A stretch of 64,000 bases of DNA from Amoebophrya sp. A120. Its lineage: Eukaryota > Protista > Dinoflagellata. Under the pieces are notes generated by a model that worked only from the letters and a program-made list of their open reading frames with translations, was not told the origin of the DNA and searched no databases. Position numbers and translations under genes: made by a program. Positions within the stretch are counted from its first letter, which is position 1. The number at the start of each line of letters is the position of its first letter. The DNA lies in contig CAJINV010000005.1 of the NCBI GenBank assembly GCA_905178155.1, positions 6,435,207 through 6,499,206 of the forward strand. The letters are read 5' to 3'. Positions 38,670 to 51,600 of the stretch are shown in pieces.

Positions 38670-41600
38670 CTACGTGTCGACGAGTTTCTTGCGTGTCATG
38701 GGCCTAGTACTCACATCGTGTTTTTCACCCTGCTTTGACGTCGAGGTTGTAAATGTAGTCGTCTTCTTTCCGTTTGTATCCAAGAAAAAAACTGTGTTCG
38801 GGCAACTTTCATCTTTGGCTGACAGCATCACAAGTTTGCTCCACATGACAGAGAAAAGCTGTCATGCGTGGGTTGTAAATAAAAACACACATGAAAAGAG
38901 GACTTCATGGTCGTCTGGCATGAAGACAGGTGTAAGAACTCTGCTGGCGCAACATATTCTGCAGTACAAAGTTACACTTTATACACAGTTTTTTTCTTGC
39001 ATAGTTTGCTTGTCTTCGGGTTCGGCCCGCGGGGGGATTACTGTCCGACAAGAGGAGGAACGCGTTCGCTCTTGAAATCGCTGTTGCGGTAGTGGACGAC
39101 GAACTCGTTGTCGAAGTAGTCGTCGTATAGTAGGTATCAAATGCAAATATGTCTCGGAAAGGGTCGTGTAAACTTGTCATGCAGGTTTTCCATGACCCAT
39201 GAGGTCCGGACTGCGTGACCAAGCATGACAGACTCTGTGCGATCTCTGCCATGCCTATCCTGCATGAGAAACTTCCTCCCAAGAACTTGGTCGTGAGTGG
39301 ACAGCTTTTGGCACTCATGCAACACAGAATTTTGCATGGTTCGGATTTAGCATGACAAGTTGCAACCTTCGAGAGGACCTAGACATATTTGCAATGCATA
39401 GTAGGTTGGATTGAGGTTTCGCCACTGCGTTTCATTTATGTGGCCGTGGTATCAAATGCAAAAATGTCTGGGTCTGGAAGATTCTGACACTTGTCACGCA
39501 CGTTTTGCATGAGCCATGATGTCTGTGATGCATACCCTAGAAATAAAGATTTTTTGACGGCTTCTTGATACGTATTCCGCATGACAAATGCCTTCTCAGC
39601 GTAGCAAGAATTGCATTTCCTTTGGTACCCATGCAATACAGATTTTTTTGGAATCCAAATGCAGCATCACAAGTTCCGATTCTTCCAGATCCAGACATTT
39701 TTGCAATCCATACATGGTCGGAGCTGCAGTCACAGGTGCTGGTTCCGTCATCTCCGGGTTCGCATATCAAGTGCAAATATGTCTGGGTCTGGAAGAGGAC
39801 TGCTGGACTTGTCATGCAGGTTTTCCATGACCCATCTGCTCTGCAATGGAGGACCTAGCATGACAGATTCCACGAGATCCCTAGCATGCCTATCCTGCAT
39901 GAGAAACTGCGTCTCGACTTGACCAAAAGTGAGTAGCATTATGGTAATCATGCAACACAGATTTTTGCATGTGAATCGGTTCGAGAGTGTACCCCAGTTC
40001 ACGAACTAGTTCGTGAAGGTTCTGGGCATACGAAAAAGAGCAGAACCATACGTAGTGCACGTGCCAAACCCCGAAAAAAAGAGCGGGCAACGGGAGAAAA
40101 GAATCCCGATGAGCTACAGGGCATTTCTTGCGGGCACCATATGTCGCAAAAAGTATGTGCACGCAACAAGCCCCGAAAGATCTTGTATTTTGGCGCGCGC
40201 GCGCGCGATTTTGGTTTGTGAGGCGCGAAGCGCTGCGCGACTATTGTTTACGGTGGGACGGCTGCCGGCCATAGGATTTAGGGACGCTGCTTCCGATCAA
40301 TGGGCGCACGAAGACCGAAGCTGTCCGCGCGGCAATGGTTTCAAACAGAAAGCGGTCGAACGCTAGGGCCGATCGCAGTCATGGCTACTGTTTTCTGTAG
40401 TGACAGACTTGAGGCCTTTGGCGCCCATCACGGTGCGCGCAGCTGTGCTGCAGCACCATCTAAAACGACGGCGCTGCGGCATTGCAGGCACAGACCCGAA
40501 CCGGGGGTCAGGTAATACCTGGCCCCCCGGATCGACTAAGTACCACTGAGATCAGGAGCGTACCTTTGGGTCAGGAACGCCCCCCCTACTCCTTCCTCCA
40601 CCTGCATACTTTTTTGGCGCCGAGCATATCAAATGGCCTGTTTGTTCTAGGATATTTAGGCCCCGGGGCGGTATTGAACTGGTAGGTACATTGCTGAACC
40701 GCGGGCCCTGTTGAACTGATACACATGATTCAGATTTAGCATGACAAGTTGCAGAATCCCAGACCCAGACATAATTGCAATGCACATCGCAATTGCACAG
40801 GCAACTGGTCCGGCCCGTGCGCCCCGCGTTGGGATTGGCGCAGTCACAGGTAAAATATGCAAAGAAAAAAGTGTATACAGTTACACATTTGTATGTCAAT
40901 TCAGCAACACAAATTTATCTGCATGAGGAAGAAAACTTGTAATGCAGAAATCCTACGGGAAAACACCTATGAAACGTAAACGAGGCTGCTATGCATATCC
41001 GGCATGACAGAGCTTGTCTGTCTTGCTTGGCCTGCAACACAATGTGTAACTGTAGCACTGTTTTCTCGCGATATAAAACCAGAGCACCCCATTATTCCGA
41101 ACAGCAACACCAGGAATCCCAGGCACCCAAAAATCAAGTTACACCGCAGGTATATCAAATGCAAATGTGTCGTCTGGGTCTGGTGGAAGATTGATGCCAG
41201 GTTTGTCATGCATATCTTGCAGGGCGGCCCATGATGCCTGTATGTACATGCACATGCCCGAACATCATAGATTTTTGGAGGGCTTCCCGATGCCGATTCC
41301 GCATGACAAATGCCTTCCCCACGTAGCACAAACTGGACTCCTCTTGCTGGTCATGCAATACAATTTTTTTCACAATCCAAAAATAGCAACACTACAAGTT
41401 GCGACCTTCCAGAGGACCCAGACATATTTGCAGTGCGTAAGGGAACGGAAGTTGCAAAACGTGTTGTGCAGACAGAACTCCACCTGGGCCAGCTCTTCGC
41501 TATCAAATGCAAACACGTCTGGGTCTAGAAACTCGTGATGCTAATAAAGCATGGATGATTTTTATGGTGCTTTCAAGTGCAGCCAAGCATGACAATTTTA

Positions 41601-43438
41601 TTCGACGCCGTCGGATGCGTAGCACGCATGACAAACTCTGTCTGTGCATGACAAAACAGTAACGCCTTTGCTGGCTATGCAACGCAGAAGATTTTTCAGG
41701 AATTATGCTAGAAGAGATTGCAACAAAAATAAATCCTGTTTGTTTTCCTGAACCCAGACATATTTGCACTGGATATTCGTCTGAAGATATCGCAAGGAAA
41801 AATCCCCCCTCCCCATATTGACGAGGTAGCTTTTCGAAAATTTGCGTTGCTGATTTGTGACCACAAATCGCGTCTGTCGTGCAAGATGGCAAGTCCACCG
41901 GCTCCGCCGCATTATGCAGGCGGTTTGTCATGCTGCTGGGCCTACAGCACGGACGTTTGTCATGCTAAGCGTCTAGGTCAAAGCCTCTCTACTCAGGCTT
42001 GATATGGGTGTGCAGTCCTCTCCAGCAAGAAAACTCTGACCTGTGTACTCAAATCCAGCATCAGAAACTTCGTTTTGATATGGGGAGGGGGGATTTTTCC
42101 TTTTGATAGAAGACAGCGAATCCTCGACATCCCGGGCTTCTTCGTCCGCCCCCCGCTCCCAAGATTATCCAGTCCAAAAACGTCCCCAACACAGACTCAA
42201 ACTGGGAACTTGGCAACACAAGGCCAAAATTTTGGGAGTCACGCATGACAAGTTTCGCTCTGTATTGTATACAATGCAGTTTAGCAAGGACGGCCGCATC
42301 ACAAAACCATTTTCCTATGCTATTTACAGCATTACAAATTCCGAAACTACACGCCTGGAAATGCCTGCCATGGGGTCGGGGCGCATTACAAATGTTCCTG
42401 CTGTAATTACAAATCTGCACGACAACTCTGGACTCGGGACGTTCTTGCTCAGGATAAAGATTCCTCGTTCTTCTGCTGCTGCCTCTCTTCCCGGAAAAAC
42501 TCATCTACGTCGTTATGGCTTGCTCAGATGCTCGATACAATCTTCTCCTCAATCGTTTCAGTTGAGACCCGATTTTGTCTTGCATAAACAGCATAACTAG
42601 CATACAAGGCCTTGCACTTTTTGCAATACAGATTTCGCCAGATAATTTCAGTGTGGTTTGAACTCCGCAACTTGTCATGCGCAATCCTGTGAGAGTTCTT
42701 CGAGTTGGCTAGGTAAAACAAAATCCACTTTTTGCATCACAGATTTATTTCCATTTCTACTGCAAGAACGGTTGAAAAATTGTATTACGTCTGAGCTGCA
42801 GGTCATAGTCTTTCTTCTTGAAGTATCCTGTGCAAAAGTATCGCACTCGTAATAATTGCAATCATGCAAATTTTTTGCTGAAGCTAAATCCGCATTACAA
42901 ATTTATTTCTCAAAGAAATTTGTAATGCATTTATACGAGTACGATACTTTTGCAATGCATATGAACCCCCGGGCTGCTTCGATCCTCTGGGCGGCGGTAG
43001 TCTGGTAGATGCTCGGTTGCGTGCTCCGCTATCAACTGCAAATGTGTCTGGGTCAGGGAACTTGTGATGCTGCTTGGCGAATCATGAGGAAGCCACAAAT
43101 GACGGCTCAGCTTGACAAGTTTCTGAGTTGCTAGGTGTTCTTGTCTATCCAGCATGACAAACTGCGTTTTTGCATGACATAAAGCTGTCGCTTTAGCTTT
43201 TGGGTAACGTGCATGACAGACTTAAGAGTCATGCTAGCCAAGCAAGACAGACTTGCATTCTTCCAGACCCAGACATTTTTGTAGTGCATATCCGCTGCGT
43301 CTGGTTTATAATTCCGCGGCCTGGCTGCCCGCCCTGTACCTGCGGTTCCACCAACAGTCCGCGCGAGCGAGCGGGCATGCTCGTTGGTTCTTGGCCAAGT
43401 AGTCGCTCTGTAGTTGCTTGCGCATCTATTTCCCCCAT
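38670..43438 (-). CDS. Hypothetical 281-aa single-pass membrane protein with Cys-rich and Thr/Ser-rich segments; 13 exons, 12 introners
   Basis: All 12 junctions translate in frame; TM LIFGCLGFLVLLFGIMGCSGF then TCDCANPNAGRTGRTSCLCNCEPGDDGTSTCDC. Confidence 0.8.
38777..39003. mobile_element. Introner family K (TIR TATSCAAGAAAAAAACTGTGT)
   Basis: TIRs; DR GTTTG/GTTTG. Confidence 0.9.
39135..39400. mobile_element. Introner family A
   Basis: TIRs; DR GTAGG/GTAGG. Confidence 0.9.
39450..39712. mobile_element. Introner family A
   Basis: TIRs; DR CGTGG/CATGG. Confidence 0.9.
39765..40786. mobile_element. Introner family A carrying a nested element
   Basis: DR TCGCA/TCGCA; 266 bp remain after removing the insert and its TSD. 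Confidence 0.9.
39972..40723. mobile_element. Nested non-autonomous TIR element (TG...CA, 4-bp TSD CATG)
   Basis: TIR TGAATCGGTTCGA / TTGAACTGATACA; CATG on both sides. Confidence 0.85.
40856..41073. mobile_element. Introner family G (TIR ~TAT...AGAAAAAAGTG.TACAGTTACACA)
   Basis: TIRs; DR TAAAA/TAAAA; similar to 51567-51780. Confidence 0.9.
41153..41439. mobile_element. Introner family A
   Basis: TIRs; DR AGGTA/AGGGA. Confidence 0.88.
41501..41775. mobile_element. Introner family A
   Basis: TIRs; DR TTCGC/TTCGT. Confidence 0.88.
41788..42108. mobile_element. Introner family D (TIR ~TATC..AAGGAAAAATCCCCCCTCCCCATAT)
   Basis: TIRs; DR GAAGA/GAAGA. Confidence 0.92.
42166..42456. mobile_element. 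Introner family E, inverted relative to 9320 and 31423 copies
   Basis: TIRs; DR AAGAT/AAGAT. Confidence 0.9.
42514..42807. mobile_element. Introner family L (TIR ~TATGACCTGC..CTCAG)
   Basis: TIRs; DR GTCGT/GTCTT. Confidence 0.85.
42824..42961. mobile_element. Introner family B
   Basis: TIRs; DR TGAAG/TGAAC. Confidence 0.88.
43030..43290. mobile_element. Introner family A
   Basis: TIRs; DR TCCGC/TCCGC; similar to 828-1083. Confidence 0.92.
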
Positions 43439-44693
43439 CACTTGTATCCTTCACAACTACCGATAGAGGGTATCGCAGTACGTAGCCATCATGCTATGTC
43501 TTCACCGGATCGGCATGAAAATACTGATGAAAAAGGCATAGTAAAACTAAAAACCCAAGAAGTGACCCAGTTTGTTTCTCTTCGGTTTTGCTTTTCCTTT
43601 TCATCCAAAAAGAAAAATGCTACAAGGAAATAAATAAAACCCGGCGACAGCACTGGATCATGAATACTACGTTATCACCTCCTGCTCCTGCTAGAGAATC
43701 ATCATAATCACACCGCAGGAGCGGCACCAGCGATAAAATCCGTCACAAAATAACTTTCCCTATTTATGTCGTTACAGCTTTGCACAGCAGGTGCGAGTCA
43801 TTCATTTCACTTGTATTTCTCCGCCCTACTCGTACATCTACCAGGGCGGTTCTACATAGGGTACTTACTCACTTCTATTTTCGCCTGCAGCACTTCGATT
43901 ACAGCAGCAGCATAAGCAAACTATGCTCAAAACAAACATCTTCATCATGCCGCACGACATCACAACAATGCCGATGTACTACCTAGGTAAAAAGTAGCGA
44001 GTTATATATACCAAGATTCCGAATCGAAGATGATCCGAAGATCACATGATAGTTCGTGCTGTTCCACACCGAAATTTGTGTTCCACTAGAACATGATCAC
44101 CGACGAGAGGTGGGATTGGGAAGTACTTACCTCCATCGTTGGGAACCACCATACTTCTACACTCTTTCTTCTGTGCAGGACCTACCGACATGATGTTGAT
44201 CACCAGCGCGATGCGCTTTCCGAATCCGAAAATGAATCATGAGAGCACGGCAGTAGTTCAGATGCTTGCTAGAAAGCAAAAATGTTGATCCAGGAATGAT
44301 AAAATGACCGACTGAGCATTCTTGTATTGTTCAACAGCAGTCGTTGTTGACCGATTCATGTTCCGCCTTGATGCGCGGGAAAAAGAAGAAGAGTGTTCCT
44401 GACTTGTTTTTATACTTTTCTTTCTTCTTCTCTACAGACCTCCATCGTGTTGTACAGTGTGAATCACGTAGCAGCTGGGTACTAGAAGTCGTTTTATTCT
44501 TATTCATTGGCCACGGCCTACTTAGTAAAACTATGCTGTTCTTGTTTATCACTCTTTAATATTTTCACTTTTCACACGACAGCTGCCAACCCCACCCACT
44601 GCTGATCCCCACAAGAACTCTCGTCGTGCGTCCCCGGTTACGAATTTGAGGCCGTTCCGCCCGGAAGATTCGGATTGGTCACGCTCTCCGCTA

Positions 44694-45021
44694 TATCAAA
44701 GTGAAAAAAGCCCCCACCCCATATTCAAAAGACAATTTGCGTTGCTGGATTTGCGTTGCTGGATTTGTGTACACAAATGAGCTCTGTATTGCAGCAAGAG
44801 CATGTCGGCATATTTCCTCAGCCCATTTGGGTACGCATCCGGCTAGCAGCTGAGCATGAGAAACAAGTCTGCCATATGCGAAAACGCATGACAGACTCGC
44901 TGTACAATGCGCCACATGGGTGCCGTTTGCCTTGTACGCAAGACAAAGCTGATTTGCGGTCACAAATCAGCATTACAAATTCTCGTTTCGATATGGGGAA
45001 GGGAGACTTTTCCTCTCAGTA
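44694..45021. mobile_element. Introner family D with degenerate DR, apparently downstream of a stop codon
   Basis: Family D TIRs and interior; flanks CGCTA/CTGCT. Confidence 0.8.
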
Positions 45022-45063
45022 CTGCTGCTCACCACACGAAATGCTCTCGTCGTGCGTCCCTGA

Positions 45064-45438
45064 TTACGAATTTGAGCCCTTATCGCCCGGAGGATTCGCC
45101 TCAGCCGCGCTCTTCGCTGCCGACGTCCCCTCACTCGTCGTGGAGTTTTTGTGTTTTGTGCCGCCGCTCGGACTAGCACTTCTTCCAGCGCCGTTCGTGG
45201 TGGTTTGCGAAAGAACTCTGTTGCTCGAAAGAAAACTTCTACCGAAGGAGTTTGTGGCGGAGCTTCCGGCTTGCCCAGCTTGCAGCTGATATGCCTGGTC
45301 TAGTACTTCTGCGTCTGCCGCCGTCCCTTTAGTACTAGGTGGCAGAGCGTCTTCCAGGCTGCTTCTGCTCGCGCTCAGGTTCGAGTCGCCCTCGTTGTGA
45401 AAGCTGCCGATCTCAGCCAATCTTATGCGAGAAAACAA
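45064..45438 (-). CDS. Short Ser/Thr/Ala-rich ORF without ATG; possible gene fragment or terminal exon
   Basis: 124-aa ORF whose composition resembles neighbouring proteins. Confidence 0.35.
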   Translation of the reverse strand: MFSRIRLAEIGSFHNEGDSNLSASRSSLEDALPPSTKGTAADAEVLDQAYQLQAGQAGSSATNSFGRSFLSSNRVLSQTTTNGAGRSASPSGGTKHKNSTTSEGTSAAKSAAEANPPGDKGSNS

Positions 45439-45647
45439 GGAGATAAACTGCGTTTACTGCGTGTATTGTTTGGTCTTCTTTTGGACGAGGATTTCTATTC
45501 TAGGATTCTTGTTAGTGCGAAAAACTACGTAGACACGTCCATAGTCAGTCGTCTGATGTGACACATGGAGTATTTTTTACAGTTAGCTGTGCAAATCTTT
45601 ATTCGCATCACACATTTCATGTTCGACGTCCATTCAAGAACTACATA

Positions 45648-48600
45648 TTACACAGTTTCCATTTTTCTCGCTTGGATAAACGTTCCCGAAAAATCGTTGA
45701 CGGAATGAAATACGTGGTCCCGGCTCTTCAGCTGTCGTGGCCGCGTATGCAATGCAAAAGCATCGTACTCGTAGTCATTCCGATTATGCATTGCAAATCT
45801 TTTTCCGAAGGTCAATCAGCATTACAAACTCCATTTCTCATGCTAGCTGAGGGCGAAATCATTTGTAATGCAATTCACACTACTAGTACGATGCTTTTGC
45901 AATGCATACCCCGCGGATTGCGACAATTGCGATTTCCACTGTGCGGGCCCACTATTCGGTCCTCCCCCACTGGCGCTGTTCTCCCCTTGGCCGGTTTTCC
46001 GCAGGTCCTGTGGGTCGGACGTGGCGAGGGCGTGGAACAGCCCCGTGGCGGTCCCAGCGCTGGTCTCCGATTTCCTTCGTTGGGGCGTGGAGAGATTAAA
46101 CTTCTCGGCGTCAAGTTGTGCTCCGGTCAGCATCTGTCCATTATCTTTCGCCCCGCCGTAGTTCTTCCGTCCGCGACCACCGTCTAGGGAAAGCGTCTTG
46201 GCGAGCGAGGACAGGGTATCCCAGAGAAAAAAGCTAGCAGGGCATGTTTGTAATGCAAAAACACATACACAGAAAAATTTGTCATGCGCGGCCCCATAGC
46301 ATGCTGTTCAGGATATGCAGCACAGATCTTCCTGTGTATTCATTTTTGCATTTCAAATATGACCTGCCTGCTTTTTTCTGTGTGATACAGGGATCCCTGC
46401 AAGTCGCTGTGCTCCGCGCCACGTCCTCCCGTGCCCGACGTCGAACTGTGGTCTCCCGCTCCTCCCACGCTCGTCCCACTTCCCCCCTGGTGTAGGTTTT
46501 GTGCCGGCGGCGCGCCGCCGTCCTGGGCGCTCGCGAGCGAGCTGCTGGCGGTCTCCTCCCGCAATTTCAGCATTTTCGCGCCCGCAGAACTGGTGGGCGC
46601 CAGCAAGGCTTCGTCCTCTTCTTCCAGACTGGAGGATTGGCCCGTGACAGAGTTTATGCACTGCAAAAGTACTATCGCACTTGTTGTACTAATTACATTT
46701 ATGCATTACAAATCTTTTTCTTAAGGTAAATCTGCATTACAAATTTAATTTGTGATGCTGGGCTGATTTGTGATGCAATTTATACTAGTACGATGCTTTT
46801 GCATTGCATAGAGTTCTTCCGCAGCGCGTTTTGCCGCACGTGCGTATCGCGCAGGTTCGGGCCCCCGTTCTGTTGCTGCTCTACCATCTCTTTCTGGATC
46901 GCCTCCTTCTGCTCTACCTCCGCCTGAATACGCGTTATCAAAATGAAAAATCCCCACTCCCCATGTCAATAAAACGGAAATCTGTGATGCGGGATTTGCG
47001 TACACAAATCAGATCTGTCTTGCAGTAGAGCACTGCACGCAGATGCTAAGCCTGAGCAGGGGTCTTCTGGTGTAGGCACTTGGCACGGCAGACGTCTGCC
47101 CCGTAGGCCTTACAGTATTACAAATCGCCTCTATAACGCGGCGGACTCTCCGGATTTGCATTCTTGCAAGACAGACAGGATCTGTGGCCACAAATCTGCA
47201 TCACAAATTTTCAGAAGGCTGCGTTCTTAATATGGGGAGGGAAGATCTTCCGCTTGAATACGCGTTTCCAGATATTTGTTCTCTAGCACCGTGGTCCGAA
47301 ATGTTTTTTGCACTTTGCTGATCTCGCTCATCTGGTTCTCCACGAGCGACTGGAAGTTTTGCTTCATCGATTCCAAATTTTCACACGCGAGCAGCAATTC
47401 CTTGCGTTGCTTTTCCGCCTCGTCCTCTAACAGAACGGTTGACTCCGTTTGAATGCCGATCGATTGGAACTCCTTCTTGAACACCGCAGCGGCCTCTTGC
47501 TCTTCCCGCTTCTTCCTCTCCTCGGGCGTTTCCTTGTCCTTGTTCAAAAACTTCTCCCGGTTGTAGTTCGTGATGTAGCGAATTCGTGGTAGATAGCGGT
47601 TGATGATCCGTAAATCCTCGAGAAACAAATTCACCCGCTTGATGTGACTGTTCAACCGCTTGACCTCCTTTTCCCGCACGGAGAAAGGACTGAAGCCGCC
47701 GGCTTTACTTTGCCCGCCCCGACTGTTATGCAACAAGCCAGCAGGATCGGCACCCGCGGAAAATCTTCGGTGGTCGGTACCTTGCTTGTCGTTCAGTCGA
47801 AGCTGATGCCTCTGCGCGAGCGACGGCTGCTCGTACTCCAAGCGGCCGGTGCTCGCTAAACTTGGATCGTCGTAGAAGTCGTCGAGCAGTGGGTGGCTAC
47901 CTTTCAGCGACGACACAGCCCCTCCCAACGCTGCGCTGCCCGCGGCTCCGGAGGAGGAACTACTCCCGGTGGTGGAGGAACTCCCGCCGATCCCGGCCCC
48001 GGAAGGAGAGTTGTTGGTGTTGGTCCCCATGTTGCTTTTCGACACGGTGGATAGCACCAGTTTCTCTACCGCCTGCCACTGTGGCACGGAAATTTTCTCG
48101 AACTCGTTTACCACGTTCCAGGTGACGAGATACAGTGCGTGCGGGGAGATGCTCCGGCACTTCACGCACGCGTGTAACGCCGCCTCGATGTAGTCCTCAA
48201 AAAAACACAACTTGAACTGGAAGGACTGATTCTGTTTGCTGTCCGAAATCTGCAGCGAGGAAGAGTTATGCAGCAGCGACGCCGCATTCCCACTCGCGAC
48301 CGCACCAGCACTGAAGCTAGTCGTCGGATATAACCCTTTGTGGTGATGCCCCGCCCCTCCTCCCGCCCCGAAAGCGTGATGCAGGTGCAGCTGCTTTTGG
48401 TGGTAAGCCGTCGAAAGGGCGTTGTACCCCTGGGCGGCACTTTGGACGTAGCCATACGTGCGGTCCAGGTTTTGTACCACGTGAATGTACACGCACTCTA
48501 TCACCTCGGGACACTCGTCGAGCTGAGAGATTTTGTTGTTTCAGACTTGTTTAATCAAACCTGTGATGCATAGAATGTACCACAGAAGTGTTTGTCTTGC

Positions 48601-51600
48601 CGTTTATGTTCCCTATAGGAAATGCACGCATGGCAAGTTTCGCCTATTTCTTTTGACATGTGTAACGCGATCGCGAACTTGTGATGCAGAACCTACTATA
48701 CAGATCTCTATCTTCGTTTCAGAGCCCATGCGCATAGGAATCAAAGTTGTTCTCATCGCTGCACCCCAGCCGCTGCAAAAAATCGCAGCAACTGGCGTGA
48801 GGACAAACTTGTGATGCATAGAATGAATCACAGAAGTGTTTGTCTTGCTAGTACACATGCTAGACACTGGATATCTTCTAGTAGTTGCGAACTTGTGATG
48901 CAAAACGTACTATACAAATCTCTATTGTTTCAGAGCCCATGCGCGTAGGAATCAAAGTTGTTCTCATCGCTACACCCCAGCCGCCGCAAGAAATCGCAGC
49001 AACTGGCGTCAGGACTCAAACCTTTTACTAAATCTTCGGGTCATCATGCGATAATCTTGTTTACACTGTTGTCTGCTCTAGTGTGTCAACTTCTCAAGAG
49101 GATCTTCTTCATGTATCAGCATGTGTACAGTACATGCTTGTTTTTCCTGATCGACATGAATTTTCGGGCGGAACTACCGCGGGCTGGATCTCTATTCTTT
49201 CAAAACGGCATCATATTAAAGTAAGATCTCACTCGAATACCTTCATCGACAAAAAGATGAAAATACAACGCCTGCTCTAAAGACCAAAACTCCTATACCA
49301 TTTTCGTGGCCGTGTAGTAGTCCGCTTGGCCATTGTCGCCGATAAAGATGTATGCATTGCCAAGATGTCTGGGTCGGGAAACTTGTGTTGCTGATACTTG
49401 CATTGCAAACTTGCTGCTTGTACGGCATAGCAGCACGACAAATTATCCTCGGCTTATTTTTGCGGTTCAAGTTTATTCGTGTTTAGCATGACAAGCTGAC
49501 TTCCAGCACGACAAAAAAAATTGTCAATCGTATTCATGCATCACAGACCTTGTTGTCCTTGAGGTCTTGCAATACAAATCCAGACCCAGACATATTTGCA
49601 ATGCATAAGATGAATTTGAATTCCGGGTAGAGCGATTGGTATTCGACAAAGTTCGCAAACTTTTTGTCCCCCAGTGGCCCGTAATCCCCGCTCATGATGA
49701 ACTGCGTCGCTGTCACGATCCCGCCGGGCAGCAGCGCCGGCATGCAGTGCAACCCGTTTTCCATCCGCATCATTTTGGAAAACGAGGAAAACAGCCCCGA
49801 CTCCACGTAGTCCGAGACAATGTGCGGCCGAGCGGAAAAGCCCACCAAATGGCCGAAATTCCCGCCGCAGTCCAGGTTTTCGGTCTGCTTTATCGTGAGG
49901 AAGAATCCCCCCTCCCCATATCAAAGTGGCAATCTGTGTTGCGGGATTTGTGTACACAAATCAGCTTTGTCTTGCAGTATAGAAGTGCAGGCAGATAAAA
50001 AGCCTGGAAGGGGCTGGCTAGAGGTGGGCGCTCAGCATGGCAGACGTCTGCCCTGTTGGTGCAGCAGCATTACAAATCGCCTGCGTAAAGCGGCGAAAGC
50101 TCTGGCTTTGCTCTCTTGCAAGACAGACCTGATTAGTGACCACAAATCAGCATCACAAATTTTCAAAAGGATGCCTTTTCAATATGGGGAGGGGGATTTT
50201 TCCTTTCAATATGCTTCCGTAATTGCTCCGTCGTGCTGTCGTTCTCGTTTTGGTCGCTTTCTGATTCCTCTTCCGAGGAACTCAAGCCGCTGAGCTCCGA
50301 ATCTGACAGCTCGCTGTCGTGGTCGTTTTCCGACGAAAACAGTTCGTCATCCGCCATCGCGTGCTTATCCGATACGGGGCTGCTAGGGGGGGAAATCGGG
50401 ATGTTATCGTCGACAAGAACGGCAGCTGGTGTGCCACTGTCCGGAAGATGAGGACCTAGAAGATGGCCTTCTTGTTGCTCCAAAACTGCTGTTGCGACCG
50501 ACGCAGCACTACTGGCGCTACTGTCTGTTTCCTTCTGCGATAATGAAGATCCTGGCTCTACTGCTTGCGCATTTATTCCGCCCTGTGGCGTTTCCCCTGG
50601 TCGTGTGGTTTTCATCGACACAGGACCGTCTTGCACACCGCTCTCGCCTGCGGAAGACTCTGCGGAGGTCAGGAAGGCAGTGGACTCTGGTGGAAGACTC
50701 TGCTCTCCACCCGCTGACGAGGTCGTGGGTGCCGCCGAAAACATCTCGGTCGGCGGAATGGATTTCAGCTCGTCGTTGTTATCAGACGTAGACTCTTTCG
50801 CGGACAAAAGCGGCTCGTTCTCCGAGGAAAGGTCGACTGCCCCTTGATGTGCGGCCACCCCGGTAGTGGGGTCTTGGTCTGCCAAGGTAGAAGTCGCGCC
50901 TGCTAACAGAGCGGTTGACTTCGTGGGCGAAGATGCGCCGCTCAATATTCCTGCTTCTCGTGTGTTCCCTGCGACTGCTACCGGCTGGTTCAGTTCCTGC
51001 TGGCCGCCTGGTGTTGCAGGTCCGGCAGCTCCCGAAGAAAACGTACTTTCTTGATGTCCATTCTGTGTAGATTGGTTTCCTACGATACTCGGCTCGCCAG
51101 CACCAGAACCGGTCAGATATATATTTGCCGCGGTCAGTGGCTCGCCCACTGCGGCAGTTACTTTCTCAAAACTAGACACTGCCGACGTTGTTGTGAGATT
51201 CAAGTGTGAGCCATCGGACGAAACGCCGGTGTTGATACTGCTACTGGACTATGGATTGCAAATATGTCTGGGTCTGGAAGACGAAGATTCTGAGACTTGT
51301 CATGCACGTTTTGCATGAGCCATGAGGTCTCTGACAATGCGAGACCTAGCATGACAGATTCTTTGAGGTCACTATCATGCCTTTCCTGCATGAGAAACTC
51401 CCTCTGAATTTGGTCAAAAGTGGACAGCCTTTGGTTCTCACGCAACACAAATTTTTACACCATTCAGATTTAGCATGACAAGTCTTGATCTTCCAGACCC
51501 AGACATTTTTACATTTGATATGGACGCGGATGAGACCACGCCGGTGGTGTTGGCAGCCGTCGAGGGTATCATGAGAAAAAAGTGTTACAGTTACACATTT

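Noticed and set aside
20122-43290. CRISPR-like array of the ~30-bp GTCTGGGTCTGG repeat
   Set aside because: Copies are inverted pairs, dispersed and flanked by TSDs; no cas genes; eukaryotic context
48541-49015. In-frame TGA read-through or altered genetic code in the App1-like gene
   Set aside because: A GT-AG intron (48523-49298) gives a better motif spacing, and multi-kb genes here have no internal stops
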